42,679 bases of DNA, taken from positions 1 through 42,679 of the forward strand of contig JAFVDR010000101.1 of the NCBI GenBank assembly GCA_017476165.1, written 5' to 3'. Origin of the DNA: Treponema sp. Lineage in GTDB: Bacteria; Spirochaetota; Spirochaetia; Treponematales; Treponemataceae. Under the pieces are notes generated by a model that was not told the origin of the DNA, made no database searches, and saw only the letters and a program-made list of their open reading frames with translations. Both the position numbers and the translations under genes were made by a program. Below, in pieces: positions 26,974 to 36,840 of the stretch. Position 1 is the stretch's first letter; each line of letters opens with the position of its first letter.

Positions 26974-28320
26974 ATGAAAAAACATATTGAACCTGCCAGA
27001 AAGCTGTTTCTTTCCGCCGCAGTTTTCGCGTTGTCCCTGTCTGTCTTTGCAGAACGACTTCCCGAAAGCCTTCGCGATTCTGTTCCATCTTTAAAAGACT
27101 GCTATGCCTCCTATTTTGCAGTGGGAGCTTCTTCGTATGTTGACAGTGAAGAAGATGAGAGGATAAAGGACAAGGAAAAAGAAGAAAAGAAAAAGGCAAA
27201 AGAGCAAAAGAAAAAAGAAAAGGATGCGGAAAAAGCTCGCAAAAAAGCCGAAAAAGAACAAAAAAAGAACCAGAAGAAAAAAGATGATGCTGACAATGCA
27301 GTGCATGAATACGAGGATGTCGGCATGGAAGAAAAGAGTTCTGACTTCATAAAAACAGTGCAAAAGCATTTTACGGAGCTTTCAAGCGGAACAGACCTGC
27401 TGCCTTTCCGCCTCTTGGGGAAAAAGCCTGGAAAGCTTTCTTACTTTTTGGCAAGCGATGGATGCCGCTATGAGGTTCCTGCAAAATGGAACTCTCAGTA
27501 CCTTGCTTTATTCTTGGATGATGCAAAAAAAACAGGTGTACAGGTTCGGTTTCACCTTTTGGTATGTCCTGAAATGAGTCCCGAATGGTTCTTTTTCCGT
27601 GGCTACGATACTGCATCGCGCCTTGCAAGCAAGGAAGAAATGACTGCACGCATTGAGTGGTATGTCAAAACGGTTACGGATTTCGTTGCAGATTGGGAAC
27701 ATGAACATAATCAAGGCAAAACCCTTGTAACATCCTACGATGTGGCATCGGAACTCTTTACTGACGCAGGAACTTTGAACAAAACTCCTTCCAACTATCT
27801 GATGAAGATTTTCGGAGATGATTCCTTTGCCGTACATGCATTTGTCTATGCTGCCAAGTGCATTCCTGCATCCGTAAAGCTGTGCTACTGCGACCACTCT
27901 CTTTTTGAACGGAAAAAGGCTGAGCGCATAATGGAATTCATTGGTTCCGTGCGTTCTTCTGGCAGGAAAAGCCGGGTGGACGAAATAGGAATCATTTCCC
28001 ATCTTACGACAGACTGGCCGGAACGCAAGGCCTTTTTTGATGCATGCAGGAATTTTTCCGCCGTTCATCTGGACGTGCAGATTCAACAGCTGGATATGGC
28101 ACCCGATGGCGGCACTGACAGCGGAGCCGCCTATTACGATTTCATGAAAGCCTGCGTGCAAAACGCTGCCTGCATACAGGGAGTTTCATTTCGAGCCGTA
28201 AACGCTTGCAACGAAACGGAGTTTGTAGACTACATGAGGGCACCTCTTTTTTCAAGTGATTTTTCTTGTACCGGAAACTTTGACAGTGTTGTGGAAGCTG
28301 TCGGCAGGAGCAGAAGATGA
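26974..28320 (+). CDS. secreted GH10 xylanase-like protein with K/E-rich insert, probably inactive
   Basis: Signal peptide; PSLKDCY..YFAVG, VRFHLLV..PEWFF, YDVASE, LCYCD, VDEIGIISH, VQIQQLD, APLFSSDF map onto GH10 motifs. Confidence 0.75.
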   Translation: MKKHIEPARKLFLSAAVFALSLSVFAERLPESLRDSVPSLKDCYASYFAVGASSYVDSEEDERIKDKEKEEKKKAKEQKKKEKDAEKARKKAEKEQKKNQKKKDDADNAVHEYEDVGMEEKSSDFIKTVQKHFTELSSGTDLLPFRLLGKKPGKLSYFLASDGCRYEVPAKWNSQYLALFLDDAKKTGVQVRFHLLVCPEMSPEWFFFRGYDTASRLASKEEMTARIEWYVKTVTDFVADWEHEHNQGKTLVTSYDVASELFTDAGTLNKTPSNYLMKIFGDDSFAVHAFVYAAKCIPASVKLCYCDHSLFERKKAERIMEFIGSVRSSGRKSRVDEIGIISHLTTDWPERKAFFDACRNFSAVHLDVQIQQLDMAPDGGTDSGAAYYDFMKACVQNAACIQGVSFRAVNACNETEFVDYMRAPLFSSDFSCTGNFDSVVEAVGRSRR

Positions 28321-29537
28321 AAAATCGTAAACTACAGTTTAACCTACAGTTTCTGAACAGTTTCATTGTCTTCATGATTCTTTTTGCATTGTCACCTCTT
28401 CCCCTTTCTGCGAAAGCATCTTCCAGTTCATCAAATCTGTTTGACTATGTAAAGGAAAATGGGCAGAGTAGCTTTGAAGAAAAGGGTATCAACGAGCTGG
28501 ACAGTGCCATCTTTGCCATGCTTTCCTACATAAGCTTTGAAGGTACAGCCGCAGAAGACAGTAGAAACGGAGTGACCTTTCGGGAGCTTTCCAACCGCTT
28601 TTTCAGCTCTGAGTTTCGCTACAGCATGCGCAACGAAAACTGGGACATCTGGCAGTCGTGCATACGGATGCTGGAAACGGCTGCCAGATGCAAACGCTAC
28701 GAAAAAATCATGGTAAAAGGCTATGTAAACCTGCTGAACGAAGAAGAGCCGTCTCAGTTTTCTGCCCTCGTTTTTACGCTTGCCCCCACACTGCATTTTA
28801 TTGCATTTCGCGGAACGGACACGAGCATTGCAGGCTGGCGCGAGAACTTTCTTATGACATGCGAAAGCCAGACTTCATCGCAAAAGCTTGCTTTGGAGTA
28901 CCTCAACGAGTGGACTTCTTACCTGCCGGGAACGATTCATGTGGGCGGGCATTCCAAAGGAGCGAATCTTGCCATATATGCTGCAGCCCATGCACGTCCT
29001 GACATCCAAAAGCGGATTGCCAGCGTGTGGAACTTTGAAGGTCCTGGATTTTCGCGCAATCCAGACATGCTTGAGCGAATTAAGGACATAGACGGAAAGA
29101 TAAAAACCTACATCCCTGAAACATCCCTCGTGGGCGTAGTCATGCGGAGTTTCGACAGGTATACGGCGGTAAAAAGCGATAATCATTTGTTTTTGCAACA
29201 TGACCTTTTTTCATGGCATGTAAACGGAAACAGCTTTGAAAGCGTAGATGATCTTTCTCGCACCAGCCGCATGTTTGATTCTACCATGAACGCAACCATT
29301 GCAAACCTGAGTGATGACCAGTTCCGCATCCTTATCAATGTGCTCTTTGACTCCATGGAAGATTCTGGAATCCATACGGTGCAGGACATTGGCGATAACA
29401 TGGGGCGTTTCAGTGCAACGCTTGCCAAAGCCTGCGTTTTTTCTGACAAGGAAACTCGAAAAACGTTGCTGTACGTAGGAAAGTGCCTTGTCAAAAACTT
29501 TAATGCATCAGTCAAGGAAGAAAAGAAACGCAAGTAG
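28317..29537 (+). CDS. DUF2974 (Mbeg1-like) alpha/beta hydrolase
   Basis: NELDSAIFAMLSY, QFSA, AFRGTD...GWREN, GGHSKGANLA, FEGPGF, QHDLFSW. Confidence 0.88.
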   Translation: MKNRKLQFNLQFLNSFIVFMILFALSPLPLSAKASSSSSNLFDYVKENGQSSFEEKGINELDSAIFAMLSYISFEGTAAEDSRNGVTFRELSNRFFSSEFRYSMRNENWDIWQSCIRMLETAARCKRYEKIMVKGYVNLLNEEEPSQFSALVFTLAPTLHFIAFRGTDTSIAGWRENFLMTCESQTSSQKLALEYLNEWTSYLPGTIHVGGHSKGANLAIYAAAHARPDIQKRIASVWNFEGPGFSRNPDMLERIKDIDGKIKTYIPETSLVGVVMRSFDRYTAVKSDNHLFLQHDLFSWHVNGNSFESVDDLSRTSRMFDSTMNATIANLSDDQFRILINVLFDSMEDSGIHTVQDIGDNMGRFSATLAKACVFSDKETRKTLLYVGKCLVKNFNASVKEEKKRK

Positions 29538-29601
29538 GTTGTTGCATGACGCGCGTGTACTGAAATGCCGCCTTGGTCAATGGAGAGCGAGTCTTGCCAT
29601 C

Positions 29602-30444
29602 TTACTTGTCTACGCCCATCCCGAACAGGGCAAAGTCTGCACGTACTGGATCGTCTGGAAAAGCCTCCCGTACTGCGTCCGTCAAGATTACGGCGGTCTT
29701 GAGCGATGCTGCAGGAATCGTACCTGCCTTTGTAAGGGGCAAAAGTCCAAGTCGTGCTGACTGCTGCATGACGTGTGTGTCCAGCGGCATGAGCAAGTCC
29801 GTTTTCTTGTACCAGTGTGACCACAGTCCTACGTCTATCGGGGAATTGTCCCGAACCATCCATCGCAGGAACATGTGAATTTTCTTGCATGCCGAATCTT
29901 TACCATGCGCCACTACGGGGCATTGTGCAGGGAATGCATCAGATATAATGGAAGAAAGCAAAGGGGCACCAGAATGGGCTGACAGGAACGAAGAGTTTTT
30001 GTCAGGAGTGTTCGGGTGCGTATATGCATTATGCATACATGCATTATGCATTTTGCACTGTGCTGTATACTGCTGCTGAAAGAACGAGCCAAGGCTATCG
30101 TGTGCCTGCAAAATTTGCTGGAGTGTGGCACAGAAAAGCCGCATGTGCCGATGAGAAAACATGCGGTAAAACGACGTATCGCTTTCTAAAAAGAAATCCG
30201 TAAATCTGCCATCTCGTATCCATTGTGACGGAGAACTGCCTGCTGCATCCAATATGGAGCGGACATGGACAAGAATTTGATCGCGTCTTCCGAATGCAAG
30301 GTTTGCCGCAATGAATGCTGCAACTTCCATGTCAGCTGTGTCCGTGTAATTGTGCATGAACTGAGAAGGGTCTTTTTCAAGGAAAGATTTTGTTTCGTAT
30401 GTATCTGCAAGATGTATAAGCTTTTGAGAAAGCGAATCTTCCAT
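29602..30444 (-). CDS. TIGR02757/DUF2400 family protein
   Basis: DPSQF, LAFGRR, SACKKIHMFLRWMVRD..IDVGLW, PLDTHV, PDDPVRADFALFG. Confidence 0.88.
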   Translation of the reverse strand: MEDSLSQKLIHLADTYETKSFLEKDPSQFMHNYTDTADMEVAAFIAANLAFGRRDQILVHVRSILDAAGSSPSQWIRDGRFTDFFLESDTSFYRMFSHRHMRLFCATLQQILQAHDSLGSFFQQQYTAQCKMHNACMHNAYTHPNTPDKNSSFLSAHSGAPLLSSIISDAFPAQCPVVAHGKDSACKKIHMFLRWMVRDNSPIDVGLWSHWYKKTDLLMPLDTHVMQQSARLGLLPLTKAGTIPAASLKTAVILTDAVREAFPDDPVRADFALFGMGVDK

Positions 30445-31085
30445 TACAGCTCCGCTTCCCCAATGATGCCATCTATCTCGTTGTCAGGAGTCATGTTGTC
30501 GTCTTCGATAAGGCGCGTAAAGATTGCCCGCATTGTCTGAGTGCGCTTGGCAGGATCAGAAACGGACTGATGCACAGCCTTGTAAATCTCGTCCATGTGG
30601 TCGTTGATGTCGCTGATGTTTTCCGGCATGGAACTTTCCACCAGTCCTTTGATGAACTGGGAGACAAGCGGACTTTTGCCACTGCTGGAAATGCCGCACA
30701 CGACATCGCCGCGCTTGATGATTGCCGGAAAGATAAAGTCGCATTTTGCACGGTTCGAAATGTTTTCCACCAGGATGTTTCGTTTTGCATAGAACTCATA
30801 GATGCTTGCGTTAAGGGTTGCATTCTGTGTTGCAGCAATAACAAGCGTAGGCGTACAGTCAAGGTCTCCCAGCACGGAAATGGAAGGCTGTTCCTTGATG
30901 TGGGTTATTTTAAAGTCGTATGCGGAAACAATCGTTTCCAGCTCTGGAATGAGAGAGTCTGCAATGAGTACGATGTCTGCTTCAAAGGCAAGAAACGTGG
31001 AAATCTGCCTGAACGATACCTCTCCGCCGCCTACTATGAGAACTTGCTTGTTTGATAAGTTAACGAATAATGGAAAATACGCCAT
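30444..31085 (-). CDS. precorrin-2 dehydrogenase/sirohydrochlorin ferrochelatase family protein (CysG N-terminal type)
   Basis: MAYFPLFVNL, VLIVGGGEV, LVIAAT, CDFIFPAIIKRG, ISSSGKSP. Confidence 0.85.
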   Translation of the reverse strand: MAYFPLFVNLSNKQVLIVGGGEVSFRQISTFLAFEADIVLIADSLIPELETIVSAYDFKITHIKEQPSISVLGDLDCTPTLVIAATQNATLNASIYEFYAKRNILVENISNRAKCDFIFPAIIKRGDVVCGISSSGKSPLVSQFIKGLVESSMPENISDINDHMDEIYKAVHQSVSDPAKRTQTMRAIFTRLIEDDNMTPDNEIDGIIGEAEL

Positions 31086-31224
31086 TTCTATTAAGTATGA
31101 GGGATTTTAAGAGAAATTGCAAGAAAAAAAGTGCATGATGGATTTTTGCATGCTTGCAACATGCCGCCATGTCCTGCTGTAAAACCGTTTGCCCATTGCT
31201 TTGTTCTTGTGCTATAATCATGCC

Positions 31225-31911
31225 ATGTCCGAAGGAATTGTCGTTGGTGCAGGAAAGCTTCCTTTTGCAAAAACTGCTGCTGTGGTGCTTGCAGTCGCCT
31301 GCCTTATCCTTGCATCGTGCAAAACAGATTCTAAAGAGCCTCATCCAGAAAAACCCCAGCAGCCAGACGGTTCTTCCTTGACTGTGCAGGAATCTTCTGC
31401 AGAGTCTTCCGATGCTTTCGAAGATGATGGTCTGCTCGTACAATGCGATTCCGTGGACGACTTGAACGGAGTCTGGGAATGTACCGATGGAACGGGATTC
31501 ATCTATCCGTTTACGGCAGGACAAAAGACTTATCTGCTCTATTACGGGGCATGGAAAGATGTAACGCAGGAATTTGCATCGCTTGCAAACTCTCAGGGCA
31601 TAAGCGTTGATGCCTTGTGGCAAAAACGCAATACGATATACAGCTGGAAAAATCCGAAAAACGGCAGGGAAGTGCAGCTTCCGCTGTCAGATGAAAACGG
31701 TGTGGAAAAGGGTGTCAAGTTTTACCGCTTGTCGGGGCGCATTTACATGAGGGAAGAATATCTGGTAACGGAATTTATATTCGGCAAAAACCTTCGCTAT
31801 TTCTTGATGGCGCAGGATGGATATTTCTTTAAGGCTGGCACGACTTTTCATCTTTTCAGCAGCATATTTCCCGACATGAATGGCTTTGGAAAAAAATATG
31901 TAAGGAAATAG
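31225..31911 (+). CDS. hypothetical lipoprotein
   Basis: Lipobox ILASC after a hydrophobic stretch; ATG 31225 just after TATAAT (31213-31218). Confidence 0.7.
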   Translation: MSEGIVVGAGKLPFAKTAAVVLAVACLILASCKTDSKEPHPEKPQQPDGSSLTVQESSAESSDAFEDDGLLVQCDSVDDLNGVWECTDGTGFIYPFTAGQKTYLLYYGAWKDVTQEFASLANSQGISVDALWQKRNTIYSWKNPKNGREVQLPLSDENGVEKGVKFYRLSGRIYMREEYLVTEFIFGKNLRYFLMAQDGYFFKAGTTFHLFSSIFPDMNGFGKKYVRK

Positions 31912-31944
31912 GCTGTGAGCCTTGAATCCATGGGGGAACTGACG

Positions 31945-32835
31945 GTGCGCGGTAAGAATATAATTGCGGCTTGTTTGCTTTTTGCATCAGTGTTTGCAAA
32001 AGCGGTGTGCGAAGAATATGGTCTCGTTCTTGCCGGTGGTGGCGGAAAGGGGGCGTATGAAGTCGGTGTGTGGAAGGCAATGACAGATTACGGCATTGCC
32101 CAAAAAGTCACGGCGATTTCTGGTACCAGTGTGGGCGGACTGAACGGCGCCCTGTTCTGCTGCTACGGAAGCGACATTGATTCAATCGAAGATGTGTGGC
32201 TGAACATGGTTCCGTCCGCCCTTACATACGATGACGAGCTTATTTCCCAGATTGGACTTGAAAGCATAATAAACATCATGCCGCTCTATCGGATTTACGA
32301 AAAGGCATATCCGCAAGTGACGGTAACTGCTGTGCGCGACCGCTATAAGATTGCAAAGTATGTTATGGCAAACATTCTGGGCGAAAGCTACGCCCACCGT
32401 TTTGTACTGAACCAGGAAACGGATGTCTCTGAAATAAAGAAAGAGCTTTTGGCAACGTCTGCTTTTCCGGTAATCTGCAATCCTGTGCAGCTCAAAGACG
32501 GATATTACTACATAGATGGCGGCGGAGACACTGTATATGGTGGAGACAATGTGCCCATAAAGCCCGTGGTTGAAAACAATCCCCACATTCAGACCATCAT
32601 CATCGTGTACCTGCAGGAACAAAGCTCCCTGAAAGACCGCGTGCGTGCAATTGACTATGACGACAAGAACTTGATAGAAGTGATTCCTTCCATAGAACTC
32701 GGAGGGCTTTTTGATGGAACGACCAATTTTTCACTGCGCCGCATCCGGCTGCTTATTCGGCAGGGGTATGAAGATGCGGAAAAACTGTTCAAGGCAAAAG
32801 GTTTTTCAAAAGTCTCTTCGTACTGGTTTGAGTAA
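31945..32835 (+). CDS. patatin-like phospholipase, probably secreted
   Basis: LAGGGGKGAY, GTSVG, YIDGG motifs; GTG start after GGGGGA; signal-like N-terminus. Confidence 0.88.
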   Translation: MRGKNIIAACLLFASVFAKAVCEEYGLVLAGGGGKGAYEVGVWKAMTDYGIAQKVTAISGTSVGGLNGALFCCYGSDIDSIEDVWLNMVPSALTYDDELISQIGLESIINIMPLYRIYEKAYPQVTVTAVRDRYKIAKYVMANILGESYAHRFVLNQETDVSEIKKELLATSAFPVICNPVQLKDGYYYIDGGGDTVYGGDNVPIKPVVENNPHIQTIIIVYLQEQSSLKDRVRAIDYDDKNLIEVIPSIELGGLFDGTTNFSLRRIRLLIRQGYEDAEKLFKAKGFSKVSSYWFE

Positions 32836-32895
32836 AGGGAGCCGAGTTTGCCCTCAATTTTCCCCGAAACTTAAATTTTTAAACTTTTTTCGGTA

Positions 32896-33017
32896 AAAAT
32901 TTATACTTTTTTAAAAAAAATTCATAAAATTCTAAAAAAAAAGTATGAAATTCTAAAAATGTTGAACAAAAATTCATAAAATTTTCCATGTACTTCTTGT
33001 TATGGCTCGCGTATACT
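32896..33017 (+). promoter_or_regulatory. ABC operon promoter with phased direct repeats
   Basis: AAAATTCATAAAATT-like units at 32896, 32917, 32938, 32969; TATACT at 33012-33017 with a poor -35. Confidence 0.55.
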
Positions 33018-33055
33018 AAGACCATAAAATGTTATGTTCTTAGGAGGAACTGAAT

Positions 33056-34081
33056 ATGAAATTAAAGAAGATTGTTGCTGTTACACTCGTGGCTGCCATG
33101 GCAGTTAGCTCAATGTTCGCTGCTAAAGCAAAGAAAGAAAAGAAAACAAAGAAATCAAAGGCTGCTGCTACAAAGCTGATTACAGTAGGATATGCACAGG
33201 TTGGTGCAGAGTCTGACTGGCGTCTTGCTAATACACAGTCTTTCAAAGAGACATTCGTTGAAGCAAACGGATATAAACTGATTTTTGATGATGCTCAGCA
33301 GAAGCAGGAAAACCAGATTAAGGCTATCCGTAACTTTATCCAGCAGGATGTAGACTACATCGTAGTTGCTCCAGTTGTTGAGACAGGTTGGGAAACAGTT
33401 CTTCAGGAAGCAAAGAAAGCTGGAATCCCAGTTATCCTTTCAGACCGTATGATGAAAGTATCTGACGACAGCCTGTACACAGCATGGGTTGGCGGAAACT
33501 TCCTTAAGGAAGGACAGGATGCATGTAAGTGGCTCGATGCTTACTTGAAATCAGTTGGACGCGACAAAGATCAGATTAACATCGTTGACCTTCAGGGAAC
33601 AATCGGTGCTTCTGCACAGATTGGACGTACACAGGGTCTTGAAGAGGCTGTAAAGGCTCACCGCAACTGGAAAATTGTTGCACAGCAGACAGGTGAATTC
33701 ACACAGTCAAAGGGTCAGGAAGTTATGGAATCTATCCTGAAGTCAGTTTCTGACATTGATGTTGTATATGCAGAAAACGACAACATGGCTTGGGGTGCAA
33801 TCGATGCTATCAAGGCTGCAGGTAAGAAACCTGGCGTAGACATCATCATCATCACATTCGATGCTGTACGCGAATCATTCAACAGAATGCTTGCTGGCGA
33901 AATCAACTGTGCACAGGAATGTAACCCACTTCACGGTCCACGTACTGCTGAAATCATCCAGAAGCTTGAAAGAAAGGAAAAGGTTGACAAGGTTTAGTAC
34001 GTTGTAGAGCAGACATTCGACAAGAACGGTATTGGCGGTGCTATCAAGGCTGCTGATGCTATTTCAGGCCGCAAGTACTAA
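33056..34081 (+). CDS. sugar ABC transporter substrate-binding protein (YtfQ-like) interrupted by an in-frame TAG at 33995-33997
   Basis: VGYAQVGAESDWR, QQKQENQIKAIR, ECNPLHGP; frame stays open 27 codons past the TAG to ...GRKY-TAA at 34081. Confidence 0.88.
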
Positions 34082-34109
34082 TCCTTTAGCATAACGTTTG
34101 TAACGCTGT

Positions 34110-34147
34110 AAGCCGGAGCAGAATGATTTCACTCCGGCTTTTATTTT
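34110..34147 (+). terminator. stem-loop after the binding-protein gene
   Basis: AAGCCGGAG...CTCCGGCTT followed by TTATTTT. Confidence 0.7.
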
Positions 34148-34243
34148 GGGTTTATGATTGCTAAACCCGAAAAACGGCTGGGTCAAGACCTTGAGCGAAG
34201 CGTGCCTTGACCGAGCGTATTTTCAAAAAAAGAAGGTGTGATG

Positions 34244-35761
34244 ATGGCAAATAATGTTCTGCTTTCAATGAAAAATATATCCATGACTTTTCCAGGGGTA
34301 AAAGCCCTGCAGCATGTCGATTTTACGCTTTGCGAAGGTGAAATCCACGCACTCATGGGTGAAAACGGAGCTGGAAAAAGTACTCTTATCAAAGTTCTTA
34401 CAGGTGTTCATACCCGAGATTCTGGAGAAATCTATCTTGAGGGCAAGGAAATAAACAACCATTCTCCTGAAGAGGCTCAGATGAATGGCATCAGTACTGT
34501 GTTCCAGGAAGTAAACCTGTGTCCCAACATTTCTGTGGCAGAAAACATTTTCGCCGGACATGAGCCTCGAACAAAGTTTTTTTCTGTTGACTGGAAACAG
34601 ATGAATGCAAAGGCAAGGGAAATCCTTTCCTATGTAGGTCTGGAAGACATTGACGTAACCCGTGCCCTTGGTGAATATTCCGTAGCAATACAGCAGATGG
34701 TAGCCATTGCCCGTGCTGTTAATTTTGACTGCAAGGTTCTTATTCTTGACGAACCGACTTCTTCCCTTGATGACCATGAAGTAGAAAACCTCTTTCATGT
34801 AATGAACCAGCTGAAAGCTGACGGCAAGGGAATCATATTTGTTACTCACTTTCTTGAGCAGGTATATGCAGTATGCGACAAGATTACGGTTCTCCGCAAC
34901 GGAGAGCTTGAAGGACAGCATACGGTGAGTGAGCTTCCTCGCCTGAAACTGGTTCAGGCAATGCTTGGACACGAAGTCAAGGAACTTGATTCCTTGCACA
35001 ACAATAATAAAATCAGCGACAATGATGATGTGCCTGAGATAATCAAGGCTGTCGCACTGACTCATGACGGTACAATCAAGCCATTCGATGTAACCATAAA
35101 GAAAGGCGAGGTTGTCGGCTTGACGGGTCTCCTGGGATCGGGACGCTCAGAAATGGTGCGCGCCATTTACGGTGCCGACAAGCCTGATGGTGGACAGCTG
35201 TTCTTTAAGGGACAGGAGCTAAAGGCAAAGGCCCCAATCGATTCAATAAAGCAGGGTATGGCTTACCTTCCCGAAGACCGAAAGGCAGAAAGCATCATTG
35301 CCGATTTGACCATTCGCGAAAACATGATGATTGCCTTGCAGGCAAAGACGGGTGTCTTTAAGCTTTTGCCAATGGCAAAGCAGCTTGAACTGACAAACAA
35401 ATACATCAAGGCTTTGAGCATAAAAACGCCATCGTCAGAAACGCTTATCAAGCAGCTTTCGGGTGGAAACCAGCAGAAAGTCATTATTGGCCGATGGCTT
35501 GTAACTCATCCAGACTTCCTTATTCTTGATGAGCCAACCAGAGGTATTGATGTCGGAACGAAAACTGAAATTCAGAAGCTGGTAATCAAGCTTGCCGAAG
35601 AGGGCATGACGGTTGTATTCATCAGTTCTGAAATTGAAGAAATGCTCCGTACCGTAAACAAGCTTTGCGTTCTTCGTGACGGTGCAAAGGTTGGTGAGCT
35701 TAAAAACGAAGGGCTTACACAGGAAGATGTCATGAAGGCAATTGCAGGAGGTAACCAGTAA
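34244..35761 (+). CDS. sugar ABC transporter ATP-binding protein (YtfR-like, two ABC domains)
   Basis: GENGAGKST, LILDEPT twice, LSGGNQQKV; start could be 34238, 34241 or 34244. Confidence 0.93.
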   Translation: MANNVLLSMKNISMTFPGVKALQHVDFTLCEGEIHALMGENGAGKSTLIKVLTGVHTRDSGEIYLEGKEINNHSPEEAQMNGISTVFQEVNLCPNISVAENIFAGHEPRTKFFSVDWKQMNAKAREILSYVGLEDIDVTRALGEYSVAIQQMVAIARAVNFDCKVLILDEPTSSLDDHEVENLFHVMNQLKADGKGIIFVTHFLEQVYAVCDKITVLRNGELEGQHTVSELPRLKLVQAMLGHEVKELDSLHNNNKISDNDDVPEIIKAVALTHDGTIKPFDVTIKKGEVVGLTGLLGSGRSEMVRAIYGADKPDGGQLFFKGQELKAKAPIDSIKQGMAYLPEDRKAESIIADLTIRENMMIALQAKTGVFKLLPMAKQLELTNKYIKALSIKTPSSETLIKQLSGGNQQKVIIGRWLVTHPDFLILDEPTRGIDVGTKTEIQKLVIKLAEEGMTVVFISSEIEEMLRTVNKLCVLRDGAKVGELKNEGLTQEDVMKAIAGGNQ

Positions 35762-36840
35762 TGGCAGGTAAAAACGATTTTGTTTCTGTTGTAGGAAAAA
35801 TAAAGAAAAGCCAGCTGCTGTTTCCAATACTGGCTCTTTTACTGATGTTCATTGTCAACGTCATCATTACACCGGACTTCTTTAAGATTTCCATTAACAA
35901 TGGCGTTCTGTATGGATTCATCATTGATGTATTGAACCGTTCCAGCGAACTCATCATCCTTGCGGTCGGCATGACGCTGGTCGTTGCTTCTTCTCGTGGT
36001 ACCGATATTTCCGTTGGTGCTGTCATGGCTGTGTCGGGAGCAATCATCGTCCGCCTGCTGGGCAGCAGCTATGACGGATATGCAATGGCTCTGCCGCTTG
36101 CCATTTTCTTTGGCCTTTTGGGTGGACTTGCCTGTGGTGCGTTCAACGGTCTGCTTGTTGCACGGTTCAACATCCAGCCAATGGTTGCAACCTTGATTCT
36201 GTACACTGCAGGTCGCGGAATTGCACAGTTGATAAGTTCTACGGAAACAGCAACCGGTGTCATCCTGTATGTTCGCATGGAGTCATTCAAATGGATTGGA
36301 GGATTCTTCCCTGGAGTTGTTGTTCCAACGCCAATCTTCATAGCAATCCTGTTTGTGATTCTTACCCAGCTGTTCCTTAAGAAGACTGCATTTTCTACGT
36401 ACATCCAGACCGTAGGAATCAACCCGAAGGCTGGTCGCCTTGTGGGAATCAACTCAGTGCTGGTCATGTTCTTCTGCTATCTGTTCTGCGGACTCAGCTC
36501 TGGTGTTGCAGGCCTCATTGCTTCAAGCCGCATCTATTCAAGTGATGCAAACAACATTGGCTTGAACCTTGAAATGGATGCCATCCTTGCAGTTGCATTG
36601 GGCGGAAACAGTCTTGGCGGCGGCAAGTTCAACATGGCAGGCTCAATCATTGGTGCCATTACCATTCAGTGTCTTACGACAAGTTTGTATGCGGTAGGTG
36701 TATCTGCTGACCAGCTGCCTGTTTATAAGGCTGTAGTCGTTATTCTTATTGTTCTGGTGCAGTCTCCTGTCTTTAAGAAATGGCGGGCAGAAATGAAACT
36801 GCGCAAACAGAATGCTAAAACTATAGGAGAAGCAAAATGA
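35761..36840 (+). CDS. sugar ABC transporter permease (YtfT-like)
   Basis: GTDISVG, IQPMVATL, EMDAILAVALGGNSL; multiple TM segments. Confidence 0.92.
   Translation: MAGKNDFVSVVGKIKKSQLLFPILALLLMFIVNVIITPDFFKISINNGVLYGFIIDVLNRSSELIILAVGMTLVVASSRGTDISVGAVMAVSGAIIVRLLGSSYDGYAMALPLAIFFGLLGGLACGAFNGLLVARFNIQPMVATLILYTAGRGIAQLISSTETATGVILYVRMESFKWIGGFFPGVVVPTPIFIAILFVILTQLFLKKTAFSTYIQTVGINPKAGRLVGINSVLVMFFCYLFCGLSSGVAGLIASSRIYSSDANNIGLNLEMDAILAVALGGNSLGGGKFNMAGSIIGAITIQCLTTSLYAVGVSADQLPVYKAVVVILIVLVQSPVFKKWRAEMKLRKQNAKTIGEAK

Noticed and set aside
33995-33997. Pyrrolysine or genetic-code reassignment
   Set aside because: Several intact genes end at TAG (xylA, DUF711, DUF2974, second permease) and no pyl machinery is visible.
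34148-34218. Riboswitch or REP element between the binding-protein and ATPase genes
   Set aside because: Only short stems (GGGTTTA/TAAACCC, GGTCAAG/CTTGACC around GCGAAGC); consistent with ordinary intercistronic mRNA structure and no second copy seen.
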